Counted from the stretch's first letter, positions 9,714 through 19,395 are shown. The stretch is DNA of 64,000 nt from Alphaproteobacteria bacterium (GCA_964291285.2 OZ219786.1:320001-384000), one strand, 5' to 3'. Numbers and translations are program-made. Notes: generated by a model not told the origin, from the sequence alone.

Positions 9714-11339
9714 ATGGGCGCCTACGACCGGGGCCTGGACCGGCAGGCGGCGAATTACGAGCCGCTGACGCCGCTTTCCTTCCTGCAACGAACAGCCTGG
9801 ATTTTCCCGGACCATCCGTCCGTCGTGCATGGCGCGCGCCGGTTTACCTGGAGCGAAACCCGCCGGCGCTGCCACAGGCTGGCGGACGCGCTCGCCCGGC
9901 GCGGCATCGGCAAGGGCGACACCGTGGCCGTCATGGCCGCGAACACGCCGGAAATGCTGGAGTGCCATTTCGGCGTGCCGATGACGGGCGCCGTGCTGAA
10001 CACGCTGAACATCCGGCTGGATGCCGCGACGATCGCCTTCATGCTTGAGCATGGCGAGGCGAAGGCGGTATTCGTCGACCGCGAATTCTCCGATACCGTC
10101 CGCCAGGCGCTGGCCGGGCTCGGGCGGGATATCCTGACGGTCGATATCGACGATCCGGAATATGACGGGCCGGGAGACCGGATCGGCAGCCTCGACTACG
10201 AAGCGCTGCTGGCGGAGGGCGACCCGGACTGCGCCTATGCGCCGCCGGCGGACGAGTGGGACGCGATCTCGCTGAACTACACCTCGGGCACGACCGGCAA
10301 CCCCAAGGGCGTGGTCTACCACCATCGCGGCGCCTGGCTGAACGCGACCGGGAACACGATGGCGTGGCAGATGCAGCTCCATCCGGTCTATCTCTGGACG
10401 CTGCCGATGTTCCACTGCAACGGCTGGTGCTTCCCCTGGACGATCACCGCCCAGGCCGGCACGCATGTCTGCCTCCGGCGCGTGGAGGCAAAAGGAATTT
10501 TCGACGCGATTGCGACCGAGGGCGTGTCGCATTTCTGCGGCGCGCCGATCGTGCTCAACATGCTGCTGCACGCGCCGGAGGAGGAGCGCCGGAGCTTCGC
10601 CCGCCGCGTCCAGGTGATGACCGCGGCCGCCCCGCCGCCGCCCTCGACGCTGGAGGGCATGGAGGCGATGGGCTTCGACATCACCCACACCTACGGCCTG
10701 ACGGAATGCTACGGCCCGGCCGTGGTGTCGGCCTGGAACGGGGACTGGGACGCGCTGCCCGGCGCCGAACGCGCGGCGATGAAGGCGCGGCAGGGCGTCC
10801 GCTACCCGGTGCTCGAAGGCCTCACCGTCATGGACCCCGAAACGATGGCCGAGACGCCCCGCGACGGGGAGACCATCGGCGAGGTGATGATGCGCGGCAA
10901 TGTCGTGATGAAGGGCTATCTCAAGAACGGGGACGCCAGCGCGGAAGCGTTCGCCGGCGGCTGGTTCCACACCGGCGACCTCGGCGTCATGCACGAGGAC
11001 GGCTATATCGCGCTCAAGGACCGCTCCAAGGACATCATTATCTCGGGCGGGGAGAACATCTCGTCCGTCGAGGTGGAACAGGTCCTCTACCGGCACCCGG
11101 CGGTGCTCGAAGCCGCGGTCGTGGCGAAGCCGGACGAGAAATGGGGCGAGACCCCCTGCGCCTTCGTCGAGACGCTTTCCGGCGCAGAGCCGACGGAAGC
11201 GGAGGTCATCGCCTTCTGCCGGGACAATATGGCCCGTTTCAAGGCTCCGCGCCGCGTCGTCTTCGGCCCCCTGCCCAAGACCTCCACCGGCAAGGTGCAG
11301 AAATTCGTGCTCCGCGAGCGGGCCCGCGACCTGGAGTGA
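9714..11339 (+). CDS. Acyl-CoA synthetase (AMP-forming; short/medium-chain, DmdB-like group)
   Basis: YTSGTTGNPKG, LPMFHCNGW, YGLTE, HTGDLG, ISGGENISS, PKTSTGK. Confidence 0.9.
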   Translation: MGAYDRGLDRQAANYEPLTPLSFLQRTAWIFPDHPSVVHGARRFTWSETRRRCHRLADALARRGIGKGDTVAVMAANTPEMLECHFGVPMTGAVLNTLNIRLDAATIAFMLEHGEAKAVFVDREFSDTVRQALAGLGRDILTVDIDDPEYDGPGDRIGSLDYEALLAEGDPDCAYAPPADEWDAISLNYTSGTTGNPKGVVYHHRGAWLNATGNTMAWQMQLHPVYLWTLPMFHCNGWCFPWTITAQAGTHVCLRRVEAKGIFDAIATEGVSHFCGAPIVLNMLLHAPEEERRSFARRVQVMTAAAPPPPSTLEGMEAMGFDITHTYGLTECYGPAVVSAWNGDWDALPGAERAAMKARQGVRYPVLEGLTVMDPETMAETPRDGETIGEVMMRGNVVMKGYLKNGDASAEAFAGGWFHTGDLGVMHEDGYIALKDRSKDIIISGGENISSVEVEQVLYRHPAVLEAAVVAKPDEKWGETPCAFVETLSGAEPTEAEVIAFCRDNMARFKAPRRVVFGPLPKTSTGKVQKFVLRERARDLE

Positions 11340-11527
11340 GGGCCGGCGGGCCCCGAATGACACATCTGCGAGTTCGCCCGCGAACATTCTGGCGGCTGCC
11401 TGTTTCCTGCGCCGGCGCACCGGAGCAGTGTCCTTCCAGGCCGGGCCGATTCCGTCACCACCGCCCCGGCTTGCACGGCCGGGATTCATGAAATCCAAGA
11501 ATTTTCATTTTTTGTTCCTGATATCGC

Positions 11528-11557
11528 TTGACATCAGGGAAAATATGCTGATATAAG
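11528..11557 (+). promoter_or_regulatory. Sigma70-like promoter at the head of cassette copy A
   Basis: TTGACA 11528-11533 with TATAAG 11552-11557 in an AT-rich patch; CCTGAT/ATCAGG inverted repeat overlaps the -35. Confidence 0.5.
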
Positions 11558-11776
11558 GCCCGCAGAAGCGGTGTCCGAAGCCGTTTCTCCGGCGCCGCCA
11601 TGGCCGGGCGGCGCCATGTTCGAAAACCCCCTGAGAAACCGACGGGAGACGTGCGCCCGCCGCCTCGCGCGCGCAATCAGGCGTGCGAACCGCGCCGGCG
11701 CCGACGCGCGGGCCCGCCCGCCCGCGAAACGCGCGCGGCAAAGGGTCCGCCGCTCCCGGACCGGAAGGAGACATGG

Positions 11777-12379
11777 ATGACCGCAACCGACCCCCGTCCC
11801 GCACTGGCGGCGGCGCTCGCCGCAAAGCTCGCGCCCGCCGCCGAAGCCCTCGCCGCTGCCTATGCCGAAGACCTGAACCCGGAGCCCCCGCCCCCCGACG
11901 ACCGCGCCCGCGCCGAATGCCACCGCGCCGCACGCGCCCAGCTCGACCACCTGCACAAGCTCCTCGCCCTGCTCGACTGGGCCGGCGCCCACCTGCCCGA
12001 ACCGCCCGCCCCGGAACCCGAAGAAGAGCCGTGGGAGCCGCCGCCCCCGGAAGAGGACGATTACGACGGCAGCGAGGACGAGTTCCACTTCCACAGCGAG
12101 GTCTATGTCGGCAGCCAGGAGACCCCTGAGTTCCGCGCCTGGTATGCCGAGCAGGAGCGCCGCTTCGGACCGCTCGTCCCCGACGAGGCCGACTATGACG
12201 GCAGCGAGGACGAATACCACCACGGGCGGCGCAAATATGTCGGCAAGCTCAGGACGCCCGAGTTCTACGCATGGCTCGAACGGCTGGACCGCCGCGAAGC
12301 CGAAGAGGAACGCCAGGAGGAGGAAGCCGAAGCCCGCGCCGCACTGGCACGCACAGGCGGACACGGCGGCGGACCATGA
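11777..12379 (+). CDS. Hypothetical acidic protein with internal repeat (cassette A cargo)
   Basis: GGAAGGAG RBS; two DYDGSEDE..YVG...TPEF.AW units; stop codon falls in the first CATGACA box. Confidence 0.6.
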   Translation: MTATDPRPALAAALAAKLAPAAEALAAAYAEDLNPEPPPPDDRARAECHRAARAQLDHLHKLLALLDWAGAHLPEPPAPEPEEEPWEPPPPEEDDYDGSEDEFHFHSEVYVGSQETPEFRAWYAEQERRFGPLVPDEADYDGSEDEYHHGRRKYVGKLRTPEFYAWLERLDRREAEEERQEEEAEARAALARTGGHGGGP

Positions 12380-12464
12380 CAAAACATGACATTTCCCCAG
12401 CGCCGCATGACAAAACATGACACTTCATGACACTCCGCTGGAGCGGGCCGCACACCCGGCGGCG

Positions 12465-13280
12465 TCATTCCCGGCGTTCGCCCCGCAACGCCCGGGCGAG
12501 AGCGCAAAAATCCTCGACCGTCAGTTCCTCGGGGCGGAGCGTGTCGTCCAGGCCCGCGCGGGCGGGGAGACCGCCGAGCGTGCGGCGGAGCATCTTTCGC
12601 CGGCCGCCGAAAGCGCGCGCCGTAACCTCCTCCAGGTCGGACACCACGGCCGGCGCCGGCGACGGACGCGGCATCAGCGAGACCACGCTGGAGGCCACCT
12701 TCGGCGGCGGCGCGAAGGCGCCGGGCGGCAGGTCGAAACAGCGGCGGACCTCGGCGCGCCACTGGGCAAGGACGGACAGCCGTCCCCGGGCCTTGCCGCC
12801 CGGCGGCGCCAGCAGGCGGTTCGCGACCTCCTTCTGGAACATGAGGGTCATGGACTCGATCCCGGCCGGCCGGCGCAGCCAGCCGACCAGCAGCGGTGTC
12901 GCAATGTTGTATGGCAGATTGGCTACGATCTTGATCGGCGCGGGGCCGAGCGCGGTCACGTCCACCTCAAGCGCGTCGGCTGCCAGCACCCGGAGCCGTC
13001 CCTCGCCGGCCGCCGCCAGTTCCGCCAGCGCCTCCACGCAGCGGGCGTCGCGCTCGACCGCAACGATCCGCTCGGCGCCGGCCTCCAGCAGCGCGCGCGT
13101 CAGACCGCCGGGCCCGGGTCCGATCTCGACCGCCGTCCGGCCCGCCAACGGACCCGCCGCGCGGGCGATCCGGTCAGCGATGCCGGGATCGAGCAGGAAA
13201 TGCTGGCCGAGCGCGCGGCGGGCGCCCAGTCTGTACCGGCGGATCAGGTCCTGCGGGCGCGGCAGCTTGCCGTCAGACAC
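12465..13280 (-). CDS. rsmA: 16S rRNA m6,6A dimethyltransferase
   Basis: LGQHFL, EIGPGPG, ANLPYNI, MFQKEVA, F.PPPKV.S. Confidence 0.96.
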   Translation of the reverse strand: MSDGKLPRPQDLIRRYRLGARRALGQHFLLDPGIADRIARAAGPLAGRTAVEIGPGPGGLTRALLEAGAERIVAVERDARCVEALAELAAAGEGRLRVLAADALEVDVTALGPAPIKIVANLPYNIATPLLVGWLRRPAGIESMTLMFQKEVANRLLAPPGGKARGRLSVLAQWRAEVRRCFDLPPGAFAPPPKVASSVVSLMPRPSPAPAVVSDLEEVTARAFGGRRKMLRRTLGGLPARAGLDDTLRPEELTVEDFCALARALRGERRE

Positions 13281-14247
13281 CTTGCCGGCGCTCTGCCATC
13301 TCGTGGGCCAGTTTCAGGGCCGCAATCAGGCTGTCGGGCCGCGCGCGGCCGGTGCCGGCGATGTCGAGCGCGGTTCCGTGGTCGGGCGAGGTCCGCACGA
13401 TCGGCAGACCGAGCGTGACGTTCACCGCGTTATGGAAATCCAGCATCTTCACCGGAATCAGCGCCTGGTCGTGATAGGGGCAAAGCGCGGCGTCGTAGCG
13501 GGCCCGCGCTTCGGCATGGAAGAGCGTGTCTGCCGAGAGCGGCCCCCGAATGTCGATTCCTTCCCGGCGGAGCCTGGCAGCCGCCGGAGCCATGATTGCG
13601 TCCTCTTCCGGCCCCAGCGCCCCGCCCTCCCCGGCATGGGGGTTCAACCCCGCCAGCGCAAGGCGCGGCGCAGCGATGCCGAAATCGGCCCGCAGGCCAT
13701 GCGCGACGATGCGCGCGGTATCTTCGACAAGGACTGCGGTCAGCCGGCCCGCAACCTCCGAAAGCGGAATATGCACGGTCATCGGAACCGTTCGGAGGTC
13801 CTTGCCGACCAGCATCATGACCGGACGCCGGGCGCCGGTAAGCTCGGCCAGGAACTCGGTGTGGCCCGGATGGGCGAAGCCGGCGCTTATCAGGCTTTCC
13901 TTCTGGATCGGAAGCGTGACAACAGCTGAAGCCTCGCCTGCGCGAACCGCCGCCACCGCCCGCTCGATGGAAGCGACAACCGCGGGCGCATGCGCGGGAT
14001 CGGCCGTTCCCGGCTTGACCGGCGCCGTCAGCGGCAGGGGCAGCACCGGCAATGCATCGGGAAATATCCGCGCGGCCTCGCAGGGGCGCCTTATCTCGCG
14101 GACGGGAGCGGCGGGATCTATCCGGGCCAGCCAGCCGGCGTCGCCTGCAAGAAAGAAGGCCGGAACACCGGGTGCAGTCCAGGCCTTGAGCGCAAGCTCT
14201 CCGCCGACGCCGCCCGGTTCGCCCATGGTCAGCGCGAGCGGCTGCAA
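13273..14247 (-). CDS. pdxA: 4-hydroxythreonine-4-phosphate dehydrogenase
   Basis: TMGEPGGVG, PGHTEFLA, LNPHAGE, YHDQALIP, RTSPDHGTA. Confidence 0.96.
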   Translation of the reverse strand: MQPLALTMGEPGGVGGELALKAWTAPGVPAFFLAGDAGWLARIDPAAPVREIRRPCEAARIFPDALPVLPLPLTAPVKPGTADPAHAPAVVASIERAVAAVRAGEASAVVTLPIQKESLISAGFAHPGHTEFLAELTGARRPVMMLVGKDLRTVPMTVHIPLSEVAGRLTAVLVEDTARIVAHGLRADFGIAAPRLALAGLNPHAGEGGALGPEEDAIMAPAAARLRREGIDIRGPLSADTLFHAEARARYDAALCPYHDQALIPVKMLDFHNAVNVTLGLPIVRTSPDHGTALDIAGTGRARPDSLIAALKLAHEMAERRQGV

Positions 14248-14251
14248 GGGG

Positions 14252-15202
14252 TCATCTCCGGCGGAATATCAATGCGGACCGGCGCAGGTCCTGCAAATAG
14301 CGGTCAGCCCGCCGGCTGATGCGCTCCACGCGCAATCGCCGCTCAATGCCGGTCCGTTCCTCGGCGTCTTCCGCCGCCGTGCTCTCGACGACGCTCCGCT
14401 CGCGAAGCAGGAGGATGTAGAACCCGTCTTCAAGGCGAACCGGAGCAGAAACGCCGTTGGGAGTCAGGGCGTCGAGCGCGGCTTCCAGACGGGCGTCGAG
14501 CTGCCCGGCCCGAACACGCCCGAGGTCGCCGCCGATAGCCGCGGAAGAGGATTGCGAGAACTGTCTGGCCAGCCCGTCAAAGGAGGCGCCGGCGCGCAAT
14601 TGCGCCACGATCCCCTCCGCGGCGGCGCGGACCTCGCTTTCCCTTGCCGGGTCGTCCAGTTCGAGGAAGATTTCCGAAGCGACATACTCCGTGGATCCGG
14701 CGGCGGCGCGCCGTTCCGCAAGGCGCGCGTCAATCTCGCCCGCTCCGACCTCGATGCGCGGCGCGATCCGCCGGGCCACCACCGTGTTCCAGGCGGCCTC
14801 GACCCGCAGATGCTCCTTCAGCGCCTCGATATCGAGTCTGTTGTTGCGGAAATACTGGACCAGCCCTCCGGGCGGAAGATTGTTACGCTTCTCGATGTTC
14901 TCAATTTGCCGTTCGATCTCGCGTTCGCTCACGCGGACTCCGAGCCTCCCTGCTTCCTGGCTTTGCAGGCGTTCATCCATAAGGGTCCGCAGAATCTGGG
15001 ATCCGAGCCGGCGGCGGATCTCCGGAGTGTCCTGGACATTGGAGGAGGACAACGCGATGCCCAGCCGGGCAATCACGTCGTATCGGGTGATGATATCGTC
15101 GTTGACGACCGCCACAATCCGGCCCGCCTGCTGGGCCTGGGCAACACTGCAGGCAGCCAGACCGCAGAACAAGAAAACAAACCGCAGGCACACGCTACGC
15201 AT
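14252..15202 (-). CDS. surA: SurA-family chaperone/parvulin PPIase
   Basis: Signal peptide, IVAVVNDDIIT, FDGLARQFSQ...GGDLG; upstream of pdxA. Confidence 0.88.
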   Translation of the reverse strand: MRSVCLRFVFLFCGLAACSVAQAQQAGRIVAVVNDDIITRYDVIARLGIALSSSNVQDTPEIRRRLGSQILRTLMDERLQSQEAGRLGVRVSEREIERQIENIEKRNNLPPGGLVQYFRNNRLDIEALKEHLRVEAAWNTVVARRIAPRIEVGAGEIDARLAERRAAAGSTEYVASEIFLELDDPARESEVRAAAEGIVAQLRAGASFDGLARQFSQSSSAAIGGDLGRVRAGQLDARLEAALDALTPNGVSAPVRLEDGFYILLLRERSVVESTAAEDAEERTGIERRLRVERISRRADRYLQDLRRSALIFRRR

Positions 15203-15243
15203 CTTCGCCGTTTCCGTCTGTCTCGGCAGCCGCAGTTATGCCG

Positions 15244-16335
15244 TTAGCCGTCCTCCAGATGCAAGAGCGCAGCGCAGCCCAGCATCACCGCCGCCGCCGC
15301 CGGCGTCCAGGCCGCCAGCACGACCGGCGCCCGCCCCGACAGGCCAAGCGCGAAAACGACATCCGACAGGATAAAAAGCAGGAAACCGGCCCCGACGCCG
15401 GCGGAAAGCATTACTGCCGTCCCGCCGCGCCGCCGCGACCGGATCGAGACTGCCGCCCCGATCAGGAGCATCGCAGCAGTCAGGACGACGGACGCAAGCA
15501 GGGCATGAAATCGAAGCCGATGCTTTCGCGCCTGAAAACCCGCCTCCTCCAGTGCCTCGATATATGCCGGCAATCTCCAGACCGACATGGTCGCCGGGCC
15601 CGTCAGGCCGTCTTCAATATGCTCCCAGCTAAGCGTTGTGGGAATCCGCTCTGCAACCCGGCGGACAGGCGCACCGCGGGAGCCGGCATCCCAGACGCCT
15701 TCCAGGAGCCAGTATCCATCGCCCAATTCCGCCGAACTGGCATCCAGGCGGTTCCGAAAGTGGCGCAGTCCCTCGAAACGATAGAGCACGACATCATGCA
15801 GAATGCGTTCCTTGTCGACCCGGTCTGCAAACAGAACAGTCAGGTTCCCGTCGTCGACTTCCCGCAGCCACAGTCCGGATTGGGAAATCGACGACACGGG
15901 AGCGGCGCTGCCGAAATACCGCGCCTCCAACCGTTCGAAGCGCCCCTGGGCGGCCGCTGCAAGCGGGCCATAGAACACCACCTTTCCCGCGCCCAGCACG
16001 AATGCAACCGCCAGTGCCGGCAACAACACCTTCCAGACCGAAACGCCGGCCCCGTGTGCAGCCGTCAATTCGTTGTGCCGTCCAAGACGGTCGAAAGCGA
16101 ACAGGCTGCCGAAGAGCACTGCGAACGGCAGCAGGAGTTCCAGCATTGCCGGTAGTTCCAGCGCCGCCATCTCCAGCACGATTGCAAACGTCGCTTCGTC
16201 TCTGGACCCGGACCGGCGCAGCAGCTCGATCATGCCGACCAACCAGACGAGAGCAGCCAATACGACGAGCACGATGCAGACCCATACGAAAAACCGTCGG
16301 GCCAGATAACGGGAGAGCACTCCGAATTGCTCCAT
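15244..16335 (-). CDS. lptG: LptF/LptG family permease (LptG)
   Basis: LSRYL, ELTAAHGAGVSVW, GLWLRE, C-terminal LAAWTP..LLHLEDG. Confidence 0.88.
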   Translation of the reverse strand: MEQFGVLSRYLARRFFVWVCIVLVVLAALVWLVGMIELLRRSGSRDEATFAIVLEMAALELPAMLELLLPFAVLFGSLFAFDRLGRHNELTAAHGAGVSVWKVLLPALAVAFVLGAGKVVFYGPLAAAAQGRFERLEARYFGSAAPVSSISQSGLWLREVDDGNLTVLFADRVDKERILHDVVLYRFEGLRHFRNRLDASSAELGDGYWLLEGVWDAGSRGAPVRRVAERIPTTLSWEHIEDGLTGPATMSVWRLPAYIEALEEAGFQARKHRLRFHALLASVVLTAAMLLIGAAVSIRSRRRGGTAVMLSAGVGAGFLLFILSDVVFALGLSGRAPVVLAAWTPAAAAVMLGCAALLHLEDG

Positions 16336-16352
16336 CCTCGCCACGCCTCTTT

Positions 16353-17447
16353 TCAGACGGCCAGCGGACGGCGGCGGCCGCCCATTGCCAGGAGCGCGAA
16401 CCCGATCAGGATAGGCGCCGCCCCGACAGCATATTGAAGGCCCGCAAGCGCCGGCAGCTTCGCCACTGCTGCCTTCACCGCGAAAGCTCCTACCAGAAGG
16501 CCGAACGCAAGCGCTCCCGCCAGGGCCGGCCTGAAGGACTGGCCGCGGCGATTTACGCCCCCCAGAAGCAGGCATGCAAGTGCCACGGCAGTCACGGCAC
16601 CGGGCATAAGGCCGCTGGCGAGCCGAAAATGCGCCTCTGCCTTGTGCTTCGCGACATTTGCTTGTCCGACCTCTTCGACGGAAGGATTCAGAAGTTCGCC
16701 CAACGTCCGCTCTCGCCGGCTGCGCGACCTCTTCGGAATGGCCGGCAAATTCAGTTCAATCGTGTTGCGATCGAAATATACGAGGGTCAAGCGGCCGGAT
16801 TTCCGGTCAATTTCCTGCCGGCTTCCATTGAATGCGACCAGCGTTGGCACGCCGTCGGCTATTGTCGCGGTCCCCTTCTCGGCCATGTAGGTTATGCGCC
16901 GGTCGGGATTCCTGTCATCCTGCAGCAGGATTCCGGAATACTCGCTCGCGCCGACACCGTCCTGGACAAACAACGTCATGTCCCGGCCGATCTGTCGGAA
17001 GACGCCCGGCCGGACGAACAGCACGGAAAAACGGTCTTTCAGGATCGACTGGAGGTCTCGAAGCTCCCTCTCCGAGGCAGGCGCCAATACGAGCGCATTC
17101 CAGGCGACGGCTCCCATGACCACCAGTCCCAGCAGCAACGCCGGCGCCGCCAGGCGCAGGTCGCTGACGCCGGCCGCACGCATCACGATCACCTCGCTGT
17201 CGGAAGCCATCCGCACATAAACCAGCAGGACGGAAATCAGCAGCGCCAAAGGCAGACCCACACTCGCAAGATACGGCAGCGCCAACATTACGAGCGCCGC
17301 GAACATTTCGATGGCAATGCCGCGCTCCACGATGTCATCGACGAAACGCAGCGCTGTCGCCAGCAGCAGCAGAGGGGCCAGAACGCCGGCCGCGGCGCCG
17401 AGCGCGACAAGCAAACGCCGCAGGACATAAAGATCGGTCTGGCGCAT
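16353..17447 (-). CDS. lptF: LptF/LptG family permease (LptF)
   Basis: DLYVLR, DSEVIVMRAAGVS, PGVF; divergent from pepA. Confidence 0.87.
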   Translation of the reverse strand: MRQTDLYVLRRLLVALGAAAGVLAPLLLLATALRFVDDIVERGIAIEMFAALVMLALPYLASVGLPLALLISVLLVYVRMASDSEVIVMRAAGVSDLRLAAPALLLGLVVMGAVAWNALVLAPASERELRDLQSILKDRFSVLFVRPGVFRQIGRDMTLFVQDGVGASEYSGILLQDDRNPDRRITYMAEKGTATIADGVPTLVAFNGSRQEIDRKSGRLTLVYFDRNTIELNLPAIPKRSRSRRERTLGELLNPSVEEVGQANVAKHKAEAHFRLASGLMPGAVTAVALACLLLGGVNRRGQSFRPALAGALAFGLLVGAFAVKAAVAKLPALAGLQYAVGAAPILIGFALLAMGGRRRPLAV

Positions 17448-17501
17448 CGCGTGCCTGTATGCTGCTTTACCGAAAATCAGACAAGCCGCATGAGGGTTAC
17501 G

Positions 17502-18959
17502 ATGAAGGTTTCTTTCGCCGCTCCCGCCCTGCCCCGCTCGGGAGCCCTGGTGCTCACAGTCGCAAAGGGAGGGGCTCTGGAGGGCCTGGCGGCCGAGGCG
17601 GACGCCGCTGCAACCGGCGCCCTTTCGCAAGCGATGGCGGCTTCCCGTTTCGACGGCGAAGCGAAGGCCACGATCGAAGTGATGGCGCCTTCCGGCCTGG
17701 ACGCTGAGCGGGTGCTGATCGTCGGTGTCGGAGAAGAACTGGATGCCCGGCTCGCTGAAGATGTGGGCGGCACCGTCTATTCCGCGCTTGCCAAGTCGGG
17801 TTCCAATTCGGCGACACTGGTCTGGCCGCAGGCTGGCTCAGCTGCCGCTGCCGGCCTCGGCGCAGCCCTTGCAGCCTACCGGTTCGACAAGTACCGCACG
17901 AAACTGAAGGACAAGGACAAGCCGGCGCTCGCGGAACTTGTGGTCGCGGCGCCGGATACCGACGATGCACGCCAGTCCTACGAGGAGGACGGCGCCAGAA
18001 TTGTCGAGGCCGTCGCCTTCGCCCGCGACTTCGTATCGGAGCCGGGCAATGTCCTTTATCCGGAGAGCTATGCGGACGGGCTTCGCGAACTGGAGGGGCT
18101 CGGCGTTTCCGTGGAGGTATTCGACCAGGCGGCGCTTGAAGAACTGAAAATGGCCACACTGCTGGGCGTGGCGCAGGGAAGCGCGCGCGAGGCCCGGGTG
18201 GTCGTCATGCGCTGGCAGGGCGGGGAGGGGCCGCCGATCGCTCTCGTCGGCAAGGGCGTCACATTCGATACCGGCGGCATCTCGATCAAGCCCAGCGGCG
18301 GCATGGAAGAGATGAAATGGGACATGGGGGGATCCGCCGCCGTGGCCGGAGCCATGAAGGCCATTGCCGGGCGCAAGGCGGCCGCGAATGTCGTCGGAAT
18401 CGTCGGCCTGGTGGAAAACATGCCTTCGGCGACGGCCCAGCGGCCCGGCGATGTCGTGACCAGCTACTCCGGACAGACCGTCGAGGTTATCAACACCGAC
18501 GCTGAGGGCCGCCTCGTCCTGGCGGACCTGCTGGCCTATGTCATCGAGCGATATGAACCGCACGCCGTGGTCGATCTGGCGACGCTCACCGGCGCCATGG
18601 TGATGGCGCTTGCCCACGAATATGCCGGCATGTTCTCCAACGACGACGCGCTGGCAGAATCACTGATGTCGGCAGGCGCGGCCGTGGACGAGAAATTGTG
18701 GCGGTTTCCGCTCCACGAGGCCTACGACAAAATGCTCGAGTCCCACATCGCCGACATGAAGAACATCGGTCCGCGCGAGGCAGGCGCGATATCCGCGGCG
18801 CAGTTCCTGAAGCGCTTCGTCGGCGATACGCCCTGGGCTCACCTGGACATCGCCGGCACGGCCTGGACCGACAAGGCACGGCCGACTGTGCCAAAGGGAG
18901 CGACGGGCTACGGCGTGCGCCTGCTCGACAGGCTGGTCCGGGATGTCTGCGAAAGCTGA
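17502..18959 (+). CDS. pepA: Leucyl aminopeptidase
   Basis: VGKGVTFDTGG, MKWDMGG, NTDAEGRL, ATLTGA, HLDIAG. Confidence 0.96.
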   Translation: MKVSFAAPALPRSGALVLTVAKGGALEGLAAEADAAATGALSQAMAASRFDGEAKATIEVMAPSGLDAERVLIVGVGEELDARLAEDVGGTVYSALAKSGSNSATLVWPQAGSAAAAGLGAALAAYRFDKYRTKLKDKDKPALAELVVAAPDTDDARQSYEEDGARIVEAVAFARDFVSEPGNVLYPESYADGLRELEGLGVSVEVFDQAALEELKMATLLGVAQGSAREARVVVMRWQGGEGPPIALVGKGVTFDTGGISIKPSGGMEEMKWDMGGSAAVAGAMKAIAGRKAAANVVGIVGLVENMPSATAQRPGDVVTSYSGQTVEVINTDAEGRLVLADLLAYVIERYEPHAVVDLATLTGAMVMALAHEYAGMFSNDDALAESLMSAGAAVDEKLWRFPLHEAYDKMLESHIADMKNIGPREAGAISAAQFLKRFVGDTPWAHLDIAGTAWTDKARPTVPKGATGYGVRLLDRLVRDVCES

Positions 18960-19395
18960 CCCGCCGGTCTTCTACGACCTGGATGGCGCTCCGCTGGACC
19001 TCGGCCTGGGCCGGCTGCTGGAAGCAGCGCTGGCCGAGGGCCGGCGGGTCTGCGTCCGCCTCGGCCAGGACGAACGGGTGGCGGCACTCGACCAGGGGTT
19101 GTGGACCTACCGCAACGACAGCTTCCTGCCGCATGGATGCGAGGGCGACCCCGCCGAGCATCCGGTATGGCTGACGGCGGTGCCCGGAAATCCGAATGCG
19201 GCCGACCTGCTCGTCCTAGTGGACGATGCGCCGCTGGACGGACGCGAAGGATTCGCCGGCACCGCCTATCTGTTCGACCGGCGCGACCCCGCAATGCGCG
19301 ACATTGCCCGCGACCGGTTTGCCGCATTTCGAGACGAGGGAAGCCGGCCCGCATATCTGCGGTTCGGGCCGCAGGGCTGGCCGCAGTCCGAATAG
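18943..19395 (+). CDS. holC: DNA polymerase III chi subunit
   Basis: LDQGLWTY...SFLPHG, PVWLT..GNPN; follows pepA. Confidence 0.9.
   Translation: MSAKADPPVFYDLDGAPLDLGLGRLLEAALAEGRRVCVRLGQDERVAALDQGLWTYRNDSFLPHGCEGDPAEHPVWLTAVPGNPNAADLLVLVDDAPLDGREGFAGTAYLFDRRDPAMRDIARDRFAAFRDEGSRPAYLRFGPQGWPQSE

Larger units (their letters stand above)
11505..12437 (+). repeat. Dispersed cassette copy A (promoter, conserved leader, ORF, 5x CATGACA)
   Basis: 11621-11750 is homologous to the reverse complement of 24241-24380; CATGACA at 12375, 12385, 12406, 12416, 12426. Confidence 0.85.

Noticed and set aside
12375-12432. CATGACA arrays as CRISPR
   Set aside because: Units are 7-17 bp with no unique 30-40-bp spacers, and there are no cas genes in the window.
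15636-17501. 1107-aa 'fusion' upstream of PepA, and similar extensions at 20404, 48118 and 59959
   Set aside because: Stop-free read-through over other genes or spacers; the real starts are 17502, 22207, 49195 and 61699.
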